Positions 8,558 through 19,711 of a stretch of DNA of 64,000 nt are shown piece by piece. The notes under the pieces are model-generated. The model did no database searches. It saw nothing but the letters and a program-made list of their open reading frames with translations, and was not told where the DNA came from. Source of the DNA: Alphaproteobacteria bacterium (lineage in GTDB: Bacteria > Pseudomonadota > Alphaproteobacteria > Micavibrionales > SZUA-601); the NCBI GenBank assembly GCA_965246875.1, contig CBDFFU010000006.1, positions 133,664-197,663 on the forward strand, read 5' to 3'. Each line of letters begins with the position of its first letter. The first letter of the stretch is position 1. A program made the position numbers and the translations under genes.

Positions 8558-10240
8558 GTGCAAAGTCTGTTTAATCTGCTCTCGCGTATCGGGCCGCTGC
8601 GTCTCGCCGTCATGGGTGCTGTCACGTTGGGGATGGTGCTGTTCTTCGTTTTTGTCATGGCGCGCTTGTCTAGCGGCGATATGAAGCTCCTCTATGCCGA
8701 CCTGTCGCCACAGAACCAGAACGCCATGGTGCGTGAGCTGGAAGCCGCCAAGATTAATTACCAGATCAATGACACGCGTCAGGAGATTAAAGTGCCGGCG
8801 CAGGATGTTGGCCGGGCGCGGATGTTATTGGCTGAAAAAGGCCTGCCCGATGGCGGTTCGATCGGTTATGAGATTTTTGACAAAGACAGCGGGTTGTCAT
8901 CCACCCGGTTTGACCAGGATATCCGCCAGTTGCGCGCCTTGGAAGGTGAACTGGTACGTACGGTTTCGACTTTAAAATCCGTTGAAAATGCGCGGATTCA
9001 TTTAGTATTACCAAAGCGCGAATTGTTCAGCCATGACGAACAGACGGCTTCCGCCAGTGTGTTCCTCAAGCTGCGTTCCGGTAAACGTCTGGACGATGAG
9101 CAGATTGCCGCCATTCAATATTTGATTGCGGCGGCTGTTCCCAATCTCGATCCGAAACACGTTTCAATCGTTGACCAGAACGGCACCTTGCTGGCCACGG
9201 GTCGTGCAGATACGAATGCCGATGGCACGGGCGGTGGTGGCGGGTCAGATAATGTCGAACGGATGCGCACGGCGTATGAGCAACGCATGACCATGGCCAT
9301 CGAAGATATTATCGGCAAGATTGTGGGTTACGGTAAAGTCCGCGCGCATGTCACCGCCGACATCGACTATGATAAAGAAAGCACGAGTGCCGAGATTTAC
9401 GATCCGGAAGGTCAGGTCGCCCGGTCAACCCAAAGCGTGAGCGAAAATGAAAAAGAGGGGGCTGCGTCAGCCTCGACTGTGTCGGTGCAAAACAATCTGC
9501 CCGGCCTGCCAGATGGCGGCGGGGCCGGCGACAAGCGCGACAGCAACCGCAACGAAGAGATCACCAATTTTGAGATCAGTAAAACGGTCAAAAGTCATAC
9601 GCGCGAAGGTGGCGAAGTCAAACGCATCTCCGTTGCCGTGTTGCTGGACGGTTTATATAGCAAAAACGACAAAGGCGAGACGGTTTACAAACCGCGTGAC
9701 CAGAAAGAACTGGACAATATTAAAGCGCTCGTCTCATCCGCTATCGGCTTTGACACGAAACGCGGCGACAGCCTGGAGATTAAAAACCTGCAGTTTGCCA
9801 GCGGTGATGACACACCAGGCGGGCCATTATCAGATGCCATCTTTATGGGCTTGAACAAAGACGATCTGTTCCGCATGTCGGAAACGGCTGTGATGGGGAT
9901 TGTGGCTTTGCTGGTTATTTTATTAGTGCTGCGTCCGTTAGCCAACAAATTGCTCAGCGGCCCTATCGGTGGCAGTAACAATAATGCCAACCAGCAATAT
10001 GGTGCCGATGGCATGCCGTTGCTGAGCGGGGAAATGCGCGCAGCGTTAACAGGGCCACAAGGAAATTCATCCGGTCTGGACAGCATGAATAACAGTATGA
10101 GCGGTGACGATATGCTGGATGTGGCATCCGTTGATGGCCGCATCAAGTCATCATCAATCAGCAAAGTGAATGAGATTATTGACCGCTATCCGGCCGAGAC
10201 GGTATCGATCGTCCGCAGCTGGATGATGCAGGAGAATTAA
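8558..10240 (+). CDS. fliF: Flagellar MS-ring protein
   Basis: [54 protein letters not shown]; GTG start with GGAG RBS. Confidence 0.97.
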   Translation: MQSLFNLLSRIGPLRLAVMGAVTLGMVLFFVFVMARLSSGDMKLLYADLSPQNQNAMVRELEAAKINYQINDTRQEIKVPAQDVGRARMLLAEKGLPDGGSIGYEIFDKDSGLSSTRFDQDIRQLRALEGELVRTVSTLKSVENARIHLVLPKRELFSHDEQTASASVFLKLRSGKRLDDEQIAAIQYLIAAAVPNLDPKHVSIVDQNGTLLATGRADTNADGTGGGGGSDNVERMRTAYEQRMTMAIEDIIGKIVGYGKVRAHVTADIDYDKESTSAEIYDPEGQVARSTQSVSENEKEGAASASTVSVQNNLPGLPDGGGAGDKRDSNRNEEITNFEISKTVKSHTREGGEVKRISVAVLLDGLYSKNDKGETVYKPRDQKELDNIKALVSSAIGFDTKRGDSLEIKNLQFASGDDTPGGPLSDAIFMGLNKDDLFRMSETAVMGIVALLVILLVLRPLANKLLSGPIGGSNNNANQQYGADGMPLLSGEMRAALTGPQGNSSGLDSMNNSMSGDDMLDVASVDGRIKSSSISKVNEIIDRYPAETVSIVRSWMMQEN

Positions 10241-10242
10241 CC

Positions 10243-11280
10243 ATGGCCACAGCAGCCGTACCCGCCCGCGTCCGTGAAGACATCCGTACATTAAGTGGCA
10301 CGGAAAAGGCCGCCATCTTTTTATTGTCGCTGGGCGAAGAATATTCGACCAAGATTTTCGAAAAAATGGCCCAAGACGAAATCATGGAATTGTCGCAAAG
10401 CATGGCTAATCTGGGCAAGATCGGCTCTAATGTCGTTGAAAAAGTCTTCGTCGAGTTTGTCGATCAGATGTCGGCGACGGGGTCTTTGGTCGGATCGTAT
10501 GACAGCACCGAACGTTTGTTGCGTCAGGTGTTGGGCGACGAAAAAGTCGGCAGCATCATGGACGAGATTCGTGGGCCCGCTGGCCGCACCATGTGGGATA
10601 AATTGGGCAACGTCAATGAAGAAGTGTTAGCCAACTACCTGAAAAACGAATATCCGCAAACGGTGGCGGTCGTCTTGATGAAGATCAAATCCGATCATGC
10701 CGCGCGCGTGATCAGCCATCTGCCCGAAGGATTTGCCTTTGAGGTCATCAGCCGCATGTTGCGCATGGAATCGGTGCAAAAAGAGGTGCTGGACGATGTT
10801 GAGCGTACCCTACGTGAAGAATTTATGACGACTCTGGCACGCACCCAACGCCGCGACAGCCATGAAATGATGGCGGATATCTTCAACAACATGGATCGTA
10901 CAAAAGAAGCCCGCTTCATGGAAATCCTGGAGGAACGCCAAAAAGACTCGGCGGAAAAAATCCGCAGTCTCATGTTTACGTTTGAAGATCTGGGCCGCGT
11001 GGATGCGATGGGTATTCAAGCGATCCTGCGTGCGATGGACAAAGAGAAATTGCCGATCGCACTTAAAGGCGCCAGCGATACAATGAAAGATTTGTTCTTC
11101 AGCAACATGTCTGAACGTGCTGTAAAAATTATGAAAGAAGATATGGGCGCACGTGGGCCGATCCGTTTGCGCGATGTCGAAGAGGCGCAGCAGCATATCG
11201 TCAGCGTGGCAAAAGGCCTGTCTGAACGTAACGAGATTGTCTTGATCGATAAGAATGCCCAAGACGAAATGATTTATTGA
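10243..11280 (+). CDS. fliG: Flagellar motor switch protein
   Basis: [59 protein letters not shown]. Confidence 0.97.
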   Translation: MATAAVPARVREDIRTLSGTEKAAIFLLSLGEEYSTKIFEKMAQDEIMELSQSMANLGKIGSNVVEKVFVEFVDQMSATGSLVGSYDSTERLLRQVLGDEKVGSIMDEIRGPAGRTMWDKLGNVNEEVLANYLKNEYPQTVAVVLMKIKSDHAARVISHLPEGFAFEVISRMLRMESVQKEVLDDVERTLREEFMTTLARTQRRDSHEMMADIFNNMDRTKEARFMEILEERQKDSAEKIRSLMFTFEDLGRVDAMGIQAILRAMDKEKLPIALKGASDTMKDLFFSNMSERAVKIMKEDMGARGPIRLRDVEEAQQHIVSVAKGLSERNEIVLIDKNAQDEMIY

Positions 11281-11287
11281 GGGTGAT

Positions 11288-11995
11288 GTGCAATTGAGCA
11301 GTAAATTCCTTTTTGATCGTGATTTCGACGTCGAAAAAGTCCGGCAGCAACAGCTGCTGGAAGACCCGGCTGTGGAATTGCCACCAGCACCCATGTACAG
11401 CGAAGAGATGCTGGCCATGGCGCGCGCGCAAGCTTATGAGCAGGGGGTCAGCGATGGGTTGCAACAGGCCGATCAAAGCCAGCAGCAAATTTTGCTGCAA
11501 TTGTGGGACAGGGCCGGACATCGTTTAGCCGGTCTCATTGAGCTGGAAATTGCGCGGGAGCAACGCGCTATGAGTTTGGCAGTGCAATCGGCGTTTCACA
11601 TCGTCAAAAAATTCTGGCCCCGTTTGCAAAAAATCACGGGTGAAAAAGACCTGGAAACCTTTATTGCGGACAGTTTAGCGCATAATAATGATGAAACGCG
11701 GATCGTGTTGCGCGTCAATGATACCCAGCTGGACACGGTTGCCGCGCAATTGCCACGCTTGAAAGAACTGCAAGGCTTTCCCGGGAAAGTCATTACGCTT
11801 GCCGATGACAGCGTTTTACCCGGCGATTGCAAAATGGAATGGGCCGATGGCGGATCGGAAAAACTGGGCCGCCATGTCATGCAACAACTGGAACAATTAC
11901 TGGACCGCTTGCTGGGTCATCTGGCTAATCCGACAACGATGCTGTCAAGCGAACACCATTTATCAGATCATACGACAGAGGAGACATCCGAATGA
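11288..11995 (+). CDS. fliH: Flagellar assembly protein FliH
   Basis: KFLFDRDFD start, AYEQG, ADDSVLPGDCKMEWADGG; position between fliG and fliN. Confidence 0.85.
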   Translation: MQLSSKFLFDRDFDVEKVRQQQLLEDPAVELPPAPMYSEEMLAMARAQAYEQGVSDGLQQADQSQQQILLQLWDRAGHRLAGLIELEIAREQRAMSLAVQSAFHIVKKFWPRLQKITGEKDLETFIADSLAHNNDETRIVLRVNDTQLDTVAAQLPRLKELQGFPGKVITLADDSVLPGDCKMEWADGGSEKLGRHVMQQLEQLLDRLLGHLANPTTMLSSEHHLSDHTTEETSE

Positions 11996-12336
11996 CCCCA
12001 TCCGAAACCGAAAATCTGGCCTTTGCCGAAATTCCGGCCGATGCGCCAAAATCAACATTAGGCGACCACTATGACATGGACACTATTCGTCCGGAAAAAG
12101 ATTTGCATGCCATTTATGATGTGCCAGTCCAAGTGTCTGCCGTATTAGGTCGCACCACGATGCAGGTCAGCCAGTTGCTGAAACTGGGCCGTGGTGCGGT
12201 GGTTGAACTGGATAGACGCGTCGGTGAACCGATTGATATCTACGTGAACAACCGCCTGGTGGCGCGTGGCGAAGTTGTTGTTGTGGACGAAAAACTGGGT
12301 ATCACCATGACGGAAATCGTCAAGTCGGAATCCTAA
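11992..12336 (+). CDS. fliN: Flagellar motor switch protein FliN
   Basis: IYDVPVQVSAVLGRTTMQVSQLLKLGRGAVVELDRRVGEPIDIYVNNRLVARGEVVVV. Confidence 0.97.
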   Translation: MTPSETENLAFAEIPADAPKSTLGDHYDMDTIRPEKDLHAIYDVPVQVSAVLGRTTMQVSQLLKLGRGAVVELDRRVGEPIDIYVNNRLVARGEVVVVDEKLGITMTEIVKSES

Positions 12337-12373
12337 ACGACACAATCGAACGAGAAAAACAAGGTTTAACACT

Positions 12374-13732
12374 ATGCGTTTGATGATCATCGGGCCATTG
12401 GAAGGGTATATCAGCGAGGCAGGTAAAATCGCATTGCGCAAAGGCGTGAAAGTCATGCATTGCGAATCGATTGCCCAAGGGTTGGCAGCCCTCCGCAGCA
12501 CGGGTGCTGATTTGGTGATGGCCGATGTCAAAATGGATATTCCACAATTGATGGCAAGCCTGAATTTGGAACGTATCGCCGTGCCGGTTGTGGCTTGCGG
12601 GATTGGCAATGACGCGGCGGCGGCTGTGGCCGCGATTAAAGCCGGTGCCAAAGAATATGTGCCATTGCCGCCAAATGCTGATCTGATTGCTGCGGTCATC
12701 GAAGCGGTGACGCAGGATGACCGGGCGATGATTACCGAAGATCCAACCATTCGCGCCGTGATGGACATGGCGGATCAGGTTGCACCAAGCCATGCGACCG
12801 TGTTGATCAGCGGCGATAGCGGCACGGGCAAGGAATTGATGGCGCGTTATTTGCACCAAAAATCACTGCGCAAAAACGGACCATTTATTTCGTTGAACTG
12901 TGCCGCCATTCCTGAAAATCTATTAGAGTCAGAACTGTTCGGCCATGAAAAGGGTGCCTTTACTGGTGCTGTCGCACGTCGTTTAGGTAAATTTGAAGAG
13001 GCCAGTGGCGGGACATTGTTTCTCGATGAAATTTCCGAGATGGATATTTCGTTGCAGGCAAAGTTATTACGTGCCATTCAGGAAAAAGAAGTGGATCGCA
13101 TTGGCTCCAACCGGCCGGTCAAGGTCGATATCCGTTTGATTGCGACGACCAACCGCGATTTGGAAAAAGAAGTGAAAGCTGGAACGTTCCGGCAGGATCT
13201 TTATTTCCGGCTCAACGTGATCAACTTGCATTTGCCCTCCTTGAAAGACCGCAAAGGCGATATCCCGCGCCTGGCGAACATGTTTATCGAACGCTACGTG
13301 CGCCAGAATGAATTGCCGCCGAAAGCGATGTCGGAAGCGGCCTTGGATAAATTACTCAACCATACCTGGCCGGGCAATATTCGTGAGCTCGAAAACACAT
13401 TGCATCGGGCCGTGCTGATTTCGCGCACCGATATCATTGGCCCGGAAGCGATTTTGATCAGCGGGCAGCCATCTGTGGCTGTGGCTCTTGCTGAAACAGC
13501 AGGTACGGCGACCATCGGTTCGACGTCTGCAGCGCCGGCGAATGATGCGTCTGATGCCATGGTCGGGCGGACAGTGGCGGACATGGAACGTGACCTGATT
13601 TTGAAAACACTGGATAAATGTCTGGGCAATCGCACACATGCCGCAACCATATTAGGGATTTCCATCCGTACCTTGCGTAATAAATTGAAACAATACGGTG
13701 ATGGCGCTGCTGCTTATGGTGATGCGTCCTAA
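12374..13732 (+). CDS. flbD: Sigma-54-dependent flagellar transcriptional activator
   Basis: Atypical REC + AAA+ (GDSGTGKE, GAFTGA, LFLDEI) + Fis HTH (GNRTHAATILGISIRTLRNKL); Caulobacter-type fliF operon position. Confidence 0.92.
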   Translation: MRLMIIGPLEGYISEAGKIALRKGVKVMHCESIAQGLAALRSTGADLVMADVKMDIPQLMASLNLERIAVPVVACGIGNDAAAAVAAIKAGAKEYVPLPPNADLIAAVIEAVTQDDRAMITEDPTIRAVMDMADQVAPSHATVLISGDSGTGKELMARYLHQKSLRKNGPFISLNCAAIPENLLESELFGHEKGAFTGAVARRLGKFEEASGGTLFLDEISEMDISLQAKLLRAIQEKEVDRIGSNRPVKVDIRLIATTNRDLEKEVKAGTFRQDLYFRLNVINLHLPSLKDRKGDIPRLANMFIERYVRQNELPPKAMSEAALDKLLNHTWPGNIRELENTLHRAVLISRTDIIGPEAILISGQPSVAVALAETAGTATIGSTSAAPANDASDAMVGRTVADMERDLILKTLDKCLGNRTHAATILGISIRTLRNKLKQYGDGAAAYGDAS

Positions 13733-15858
13733 TGGCTGACCCCGCCACACTCGACGGCACGGCCAGCTCCAGCGCGTCGCTTGGGTCGATGTTCGACTGG
13801 CTGAACGGGTTGCAGCGTTATCGTGAATTGCTGCTGCCGATATTCGTATTGTGCGTTGTCGTCGCCATGGTTTTGCCCATGCCGACATGGCTGTTGGATA
13901 TCTCATTAGCGATATCCATCACACTTGCCGTTCTGATTTTAATGACGATCATGTTCATCGATAAGCCATTAGAATTATCGGCATTTCCAACTATTTTACT
14001 GTTGACCACGGCGTTACGCTTGGCACTCAACATTGCATCAACGCGTTTGATTTTGACAAATGGACACACCGGAACAAACGCCGCGGGTCATGTGATCGAG
14101 GCCTTTGCCGGTTTCGTGATGGGCGGCAATTTTGTCATTGGCCTCATCGTTTTTATTATTCTGATCATCATCAATTTTATGGTGATTACCAAGGGATCGG
14201 GCCGGATTGCGGAAGTGGCCGCGCGTTTCAGTCTGGACGCCATGCCGGGCAAGCAGATGGCAATTGATGCCGATTTGTCATCGGGTTTGATTGACGAAGA
14301 CGATGCCCGGACACGTCGCAAAGAGTTGGAACAGGAAAGCGCGTTCTATGGCGCCATGGACGGGGCGGCAAAATTCGTGCGTGGCGATGCGGTCGCCGGT
14401 ATCATGATCACCATGATTTGCATTGTCGGCGGTATCATTATCGGCGTCGTGCAGAAAGATCTGGCCCTGTCACAAGCCGCGCATAATTATACCAACCTAA
14501 CAGTCGGCGACGGTCTGGTGTCGCAAATTCCAGCTTTGATTATTTCGATTGCCGCTGGTTTGATGGTGGCGAAAGCCGGAACATCGGGTGCCACAGATAA
14601 GGCCGTTATTAAACAGCTGGGCCAATTTCCAAAAGCGTTGGGTCTGTGTTCTGGCACGATGACGATTTTGGCGTTGCTGCCAGGTATTCCGTTTATCCCA
14701 TTTGCAATTTTGGCGGGTCTGACTGGCAGTGCCGCCTATTATCTGCCACGCATTCAAGCGCGTGAAAAAGCCGAAGTGGTGGCGCAAAAGGTCGCCAAGG
14801 ATCACAAACCAGCACCAGCCGAAGCGCCGATTGCGGCAACGCTTGCCATCGACATGATCCGCCTGGAATTGGGTTACGGTTTGCTGGCCCTCGCGACACA
14901 AGGTGAAAGCGGCAACCGTCTGACCGACCAGATCAAGGGGTTGCGCCGCCAATTGGCACAAGAATACGGTTTTATTCTGCCATCCGTGCGGATACAAGAT
15001 GATCTGCAAGTGGCGCCAAATGCCTATCGGATTCGCATCAAGGAAATCGTGTCGGGTGCCGGTGATTTGCGCCCCAATATGTTGCTGTGTATGGACCCGA
15101 AAGGCCAGGCGATTTCTTTGCCCGGTGAACGCACGAAAGAACCGACCTTCGGTTTACCCGCCATGTGGATCGACAAACGCTATCGCGAAGAAGCGCATTT
15201 CAAAGCCTATACGGTCGTTGATCCGCAAACGGTGATTACGACGCATCTGACCGAAATCATCAAAGACCATATGGCCGAATTGCTGTCGTACACCGAGACC
15301 CAGAAATTGCTGGATGAGATGGATAAATCGGCACAGAAATTGGTGTCTGATACCATCCCGACACTGATCTCGTTGATGGGTGTGCAGCGTGTCTTACAGA
15401 ACTTGCTGGGCGAACGTGTGTCGATCCGCGATCTGCCGACGATTTTAGAAGGCATTGCCGAAGCATCTGTGCAGACGAAGAATCTGACCTTGATTACCGA
15501 ACATGTGCGCACGCGTCTGGCGCGCCAGATTTGTGATCAATATACGGGCCCATCTGGTTTATTGTCGATGACACCGATGTCGCCGGAATGGGAACAGGCG
15601 TTTTTAGAGTCGCTTGCTGGTACTGGCGAAGAAAAACAACTCGCCATGCCGCCAAGCCAGCTGCAAGGGTTTATCGCGCGTTTGACACAGGTGTTTGAAG
15701 ACCAGGCAAAACAGGGTGAGGCGCCGGTGTTGTTGACAAGCCCGACGATCCGTCCGTATGTCCGTTCGATTATCGAACGTATCCGCCCAAGCCTGCCGGT
15801 GATGTCGCAAAGCGAAATTCATCCAAAGGCCCGCATTAAAACAGTGGCGCAAATCTGA
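13732..15858 (+). CDS. flhA: Flagellar export gate protein FlhA
   Basis: RIAEVAARFSLDAMPGKQMAIDADL, FYGAMDGAAKFVRGDA, VSIRDLPTILE. Confidence 0.97.
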   Translation: MADPATLDGTASSSASLGSMFDWLNGLQRYRELLLPIFVLCVVVAMVLPMPTWLLDISLAISITLAVLILMTIMFIDKPLELSAFPTILLLTTALRLALNIASTRLILTNGHTGTNAAGHVIEAFAGFVMGGNFVIGLIVFIILIIINFMVITKGSGRIAEVAARFSLDAMPGKQMAIDADLSSGLIDEDDARTRRKELEQESAFYGAMDGAAKFVRGDAVAGIMITMICIVGGIIIGVVQKDLALSQAAHNYTNLTVGDGLVSQIPALIISIAAGLMVAKAGTSGATDKAVIKQLGQFPKALGLCSGTMTILALLPGIPFIPFAILAGLTGSAAYYLPRIQAREKAEVVAQKVAKDHKPAPAEAPIAATLAIDMIRLELGYGLLALATQGESGNRLTDQIKGLRRQLAQEYGFILPSVRIQDDLQVAPNAYRIRIKEIVSGAGDLRPNMLLCMDPKGQAISLPGERTKEPTFGLPAMWIDKRYREEAHFKAYTVVDPQTVITTHLTEIIKDHMAELLSYTETQKLLDEMDKSAQKLVSDTIPTLISLMGVQRVLQNLLGERVSIRDLPTILEGIAEASVQTKNLTLITEHVRTRLARQICDQYTGPSGLLSMTPMSPEWEQAFLESLAGTGEEKQLAMPPSQLQGFIARLTQVFEDQAKQGEAPVLLTSPTIRPYVRSIIERIRPSLPVMSQSEIHPKARIKTVAQI

Positions 15859-16883
15859 TGCGGCTGAAAACCTACCAAGCTAAAACAATGAATGCCGTCA
15901 TGGCGCAAATCCGTGACGAGCTTGGTGACGATGCAGTGATTGTCTCGACACGCACATTAGACAATGGCGATATCAAGGTGACAGCGGCTGAAGATGAGCA
16001 GATCGAAGACGCGTTGGAAATCTTGGATGATGCAGCTGTCGAATATGACACCCATGTGTTTTTTCATGGCATCCGTGATTACGACCATGTACCGAATGAG
16101 CCTGTTGACAGGATCGTGGCACATAGCGACGAGGTGATGCGTGTTTTGCTGAAACACGGCGCGCCGGCAGCCATTCAGGAAAAAATATTGGCGTTGATCG
16201 ATGTCGCGCCATCAACCGATCCACGTCAAAGTTTTATTGCGGCTCTAGAACATGCGTTTACGTTCGATGGATTGCCGGTCACGCACTATGAGCGTCCCAT
16301 TATGCTGGTCGGGCAACCGGGTGCTGGCAAAACCATGACGATTGCAAAACTGGCAACGCGCGCCGTGATGCACGGTTTGAAACCGGTGGTGATTACGGCA
16401 GACACGGTCAAAGCAGGTGCTGTCGAACAGTTGGCGGCGTTCACCAAAGTGTTGGGTTTGCAATTGCTTAAGGTCAATTCACCTGAGCAATTAAAACGCG
16501 CGTTGCAGGATCACAGTGGTGCCGATCAGATTTTGATTGATTGTCCGGGCATGAATGCGTTCAAGGCGGATGATATGAAAGACTTGTATGCCTATAGCCG
16601 CGTCGTGCCAATGGATTTGGTGGTCGCATTGCCCGGCGGTTTGGACGCCGATGAAGCTGCCGAAATTGCGCGCGCCTTTGCCGTGATTGGGGCAAAATGG
16701 CTGATCCCGACACGGCTTGATCTGGCCCGTCGTTTGGGCAGTGTGTTAAACGCGGCCGATCAGGCCGGCTTGGCATTTGCTGCGGCTGGCACCAGTGCCG
16801 ATGTGGCTGACGGTTTAATAGCACTGGACGCTGCATCACTTGCCGATATTTTATGGCCGTTACAGGAAAGAGGTCCGTCATGA
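15858..16883 (+). CDS. flhF: Flagellar biosynthesis SRP-type GTPase
   Basis: MRLKTYQA...IRDELGDDAVIVSTR, GQPGAGKT, DTVKAGAVEQL, LIDCPG, TRLD. Confidence 0.9.
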   Translation: MRLKTYQAKTMNAVMAQIRDELGDDAVIVSTRTLDNGDIKVTAAEDEQIEDALEILDDAAVEYDTHVFFHGIRDYDHVPNEPVDRIVAHSDEVMRVLLKHGAPAAIQEKILALIDVAPSTDPRQSFIAALEHAFTFDGLPVTHYERPIMLVGQPGAGKTMTIAKLATRAVMHGLKPVVITADTVKAGAVEQLAAFTKVLGLQLLKVNSPEQLKRALQDHSGADQILIDCPGMNAFKADDMKDLYAYSRVVPMDLVVALPGGLDADEAAEIARAFAVIGAKWLIPTRLDLARRLGSVLNAADQAGLAFAAAGTSADVADGLIALDAASLADILWPLQERGPS

Positions 16884-17698
16884 ATCAAACCGACATGAAA
16901 ACGGCTAACCGCACACCAATGCGCGCCAGTAATTTGATTGCTGTAGCATCCGGCAAGGGCGGTGTCGGCAAAACCTGGTTTTCGATTACGCTGGCCCATG
17001 CCATGAGTAAACAGGATAAAAACATTCTGTTGTTCGATGGTGATCTGGGGCTGGCGAATGTCGATGTGCAATTGGGCTTGATGCCGCAACATGATCTGCG
17101 TCAGGTGGTTGATAATAAACTTCCATTATCGCGCATTGTTCAACATCATACAGCAACCGGTCTCAACGTCATTGCCGGGCAATCAGGTGCTGCGTCACTG
17201 GCGAACATGCCGATAGAAAAAGTCATTGAATTGCGGGATCAGTTGATTCCACTGTGTAATGCTTACGACCGCGTGATCATTGATCTGGGTGCGGGTATTG
17301 ACCGGACAACGCGGATTTTATCAGGTGCGGCAAAACATACGCTTATTATCGTCAATGAGGAACCGACGTCGTTGACCGATGCCTATGCCTATATCAAATT
17401 GACGCATATGGCTGGGCTTGCCGACAGCATTCATATCATTGTCAATAATGTAGAGCAAAAAGCCGATGGCGAACGCGTCTATCAAACGATCAGCAAAGTC
17501 TGCCAGAATTTCCTGAAAATCCGGCCACCCTTGGCCGGTATTATCCGGCATGACAAGAAAATACCGGAATCGATCCGCAACCAAACGCCGCTCTTGACGC
17601 GTTATCCAAACAGCACAGCGGCGTTCGATATCGAGATTATTGCCAATTATATTTTGAATTTGACGGATACAGCACCACCACTCTCCAGCAATGGATAA
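16880..17698 (+). CDS. flhG: MinD/ParA-family flagellar number regulator FlhG/FleN
   Basis: IAVASGKGGVGKT, DGDLGLANVD, IDLGAGI, EPTSLTDAYAYIK; follows flhF. Confidence 0.88.
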   Translation: MNQTDMKTANRTPMRASNLIAVASGKGGVGKTWFSITLAHAMSKQDKNILLFDGDLGLANVDVQLGLMPQHDLRQVVDNKLPLSRIVQHHTATGLNVIAGQSGAASLANMPIEKVIELRDQLIPLCNAYDRVIIDLGAGIDRTTRILSGAAKHTLIIVNEEPTSLTDAYAYIKLTHMAGLADSIHIIVNNVEQKADGERVYQTISKVCQNFLKIRPPLAGIIRHDKKIPESIRNQTPLLTRYPNSTAAFDIEIIANYILNLTDTAPPLSSNG

Positions 17699-17701
17699 GA
17701 T

Positions 17702-19711
17702 ATGAGCGGTGATGTCCCCTCAGTGAACAACAAAACAGGGGCGATGCCTGCCTCTGCTGCACCGACAGCGAGCAGCAGTGCGCTTGATTTAGGGCAGGCG
17801 GTCATCGTCAGCATGCCGAAAGAGGTGCTGGACACAGCCACCAATGCACGTCAGGCTGGGCGTATTCTAGCTGAAGTCATTGCGCAGCAAGGCCAGAATG
17901 CAACGTTAAAAACGCCTGATGGCGCCTTTATTATCAAGACAAATTCGGCCTTGAATGTCGGCCAGGTCGTGATGTTGCGCCTCGACCCGGAACAGTTGCA
18001 GGCGCAAGCGGTGCGGTTGTCACCGGTCGATAATCTGGCCATCAGCAATCCGGTATCACCAGTGTATAATGTGCCGTTGTCACCACGCCTGACGCCACAT
18101 ATAGCGCCGATTGATCAGGCTGAACCTTTGCCACAACCGTATTGGCGCGGGCAACTGGCACCGGTGGAGATACCGGATGATCCAACGGAATTATTGCATG
18201 TCTTGCGGGATGTCTATAACCCTGGCACACCATTGGAACCCGGACGTGCCGCACCGGTCACAACATTGCCCCCGGCGATCAATGAAGGTGTCGCCAAGTT
18301 TTTTGCCTTGACGCAATTGTTGCGCGAGATGGATATGTTGCCACCGCAATTGCAAAACGACTTTTTGTTTGCCGGTTTGCCGCCCGAAGATGCCAGCAGC
18401 TTTGCACCGCTTGGCCTGTCGAAAATCACACAATCGATTCAAGGTTTCACGCAAACGTTGCAGGATGCTGTGGGCCCTGCCGCGAAACAAGCAACCGAAC
18501 AAGCCGGTGCCTGGTTGAAAGCAAAGTTGCCATCGAATTTACTAGGGAAAATTGACCAGTTGAAAGATGCCTTACAAAAGAGTGTTATCGTTCCCATTCA
18601 GGAAGCGACGCAAGCAAACGCACCTGCTTTTGTAATTCCAATAATGATGTCATTCACGTTTCCACCGGGGACAAGCTTGCTGCAAGTCTGGCAAAATGCG
18701 ATGCAAGGGCAAAGTGCCGCCGATGGACAGGCGCCGTTTTTATTGTTGAATATGCTGGGCCTGCAAAAACCGGGGCAGACAGGTGGCGCGGCGCAAAGCG
18801 GTTTGTCGCAATTGATGGCACAATTTAAAAGCCTGCAACAACAACGCAATGATGCATCCGTTATTCCAACATTGGTCTTGCCCGGCAACGGCAATCGCAA
18901 CCCGGTGCTGTTCTCGCCTTATGGTTTGCTGTTCAGCAATACGTCGACTGTCTTGGGTGGCACGGCACCGCTCTTGCCGGGAACTGTGATTTTCTGGCAG
19001 CCCGTGGCGAACCCGCACCCGGTGACGGTAACCGGGCCGCTTGGTGCATTACCTTTATGGCCAGCCGGCAAAGCGATGCCCGCCAGCGTGTTTGAATGGC
19101 CGTGCCTGAATGAGTTATTTGCGAATAAGGGCAGCGATCCAACCGTTTCCAGCACCTGGCAAAATCTGGTGCAAACTTTAATTCCGAATATGTTGCAGCC
19201 CGATAGACTGGGGGCCAGCATTGTGTTGATGCTGCACGGTCTCAATCGTAATTCCGTCAATGGCTGGCTGGGTGACAAAGCCGCCGATGCGCTGCGCGAC
19301 GGTGGCAAACAGGATATGCTGGCGAAACTGGTCAGCGATTTTGCAACCTCTGCCGGGCGCGTGATGGACCCGGCATTGCCCGAAGCGCAACGCTTTGTCC
19401 TGCCGCTGATCTTGCCGGAACAGATGGCGAAAATGGTGTGGCAGGTGCGCCGTGATTTCCCTGAAGGCGGCGAACGCGAAACAGACGCACAGGAGCGCCA
19501 GAAAAACACCCGCACCCATTTTACCGTGGATGTTCCTACCGCCACACTCGGCGACCTGCATATGCAGGGTACGGTGTGGAAGCAGCAGCTCGATTTGAAT
19601 TTACAAACGGCGCAGCCACTGGATGCCACCATGCAAACCGGCATCCGCGAACGGTTTCGTACGGCGTTGGAGATCACGGGAATGAGTGGGCAGATTGTGT
19701 TTAATCACTAA
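17702..19711 (+). CDS. Large Pro/Ala/Gln-rich protein with FliK-like C-terminal domain
   Basis: C-terminus HFTVDVPTATLGDLHMQGTVWKQQLDLNLQT...IRERFRTALEITGMSGQIVF resembles the hook-length-control C domain; last gene of the flagellar operon. Confidence 0.55.
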   Translation: MSGDVPSVNNKTGAMPASAAPTASSSALDLGQAVIVSMPKEVLDTATNARQAGRILAEVIAQQGQNATLKTPDGAFIIKTNSALNVGQVVMLRLDPEQLQAQAVRLSPVDNLAISNPVSPVYNVPLSPRLTPHIAPIDQAEPLPQPYWRGQLAPVEIPDDPTELLHVLRDVYNPGTPLEPGRAAPVTTLPPAINEGVAKFFALTQLLREMDMLPPQLQNDFLFAGLPPEDASSFAPLGLSKITQSIQGFTQTLQDAVGPAAKQATEQAGAWLKAKLPSNLLGKIDQLKDALQKSVIVPIQEATQANAPAFVIPIMMSFTFPPGTSLLQVWQNAMQGQSAADGQAPFLLLNMLGLQKPGQTGGAAQSGLSQLMAQFKSLQQQRNDASVIPTLVLPGNGNRNPVLFSPYGLLFSNTSTVLGGTAPLLPGTVIFWQPVANPHPVTVTGPLGALPLWPAGKAMPASVFEWPCLNELFANKGSDPTVSSTWQNLVQTLIPNMLQPDRLGASIVLMLHGLNRNSVNGWLGDKAADALRDGGKQDMLAKLVSDFATSAGRVMDPALPEAQRFVLPLILPEQMAKMVWQVRRDFPEGGERETDAQERQKNTRTHFTVDVPTATLGDLHMQGTVWKQQLDLNLQTAQPLDATMQTGIRERFRTALEITGMSGQIVFNH

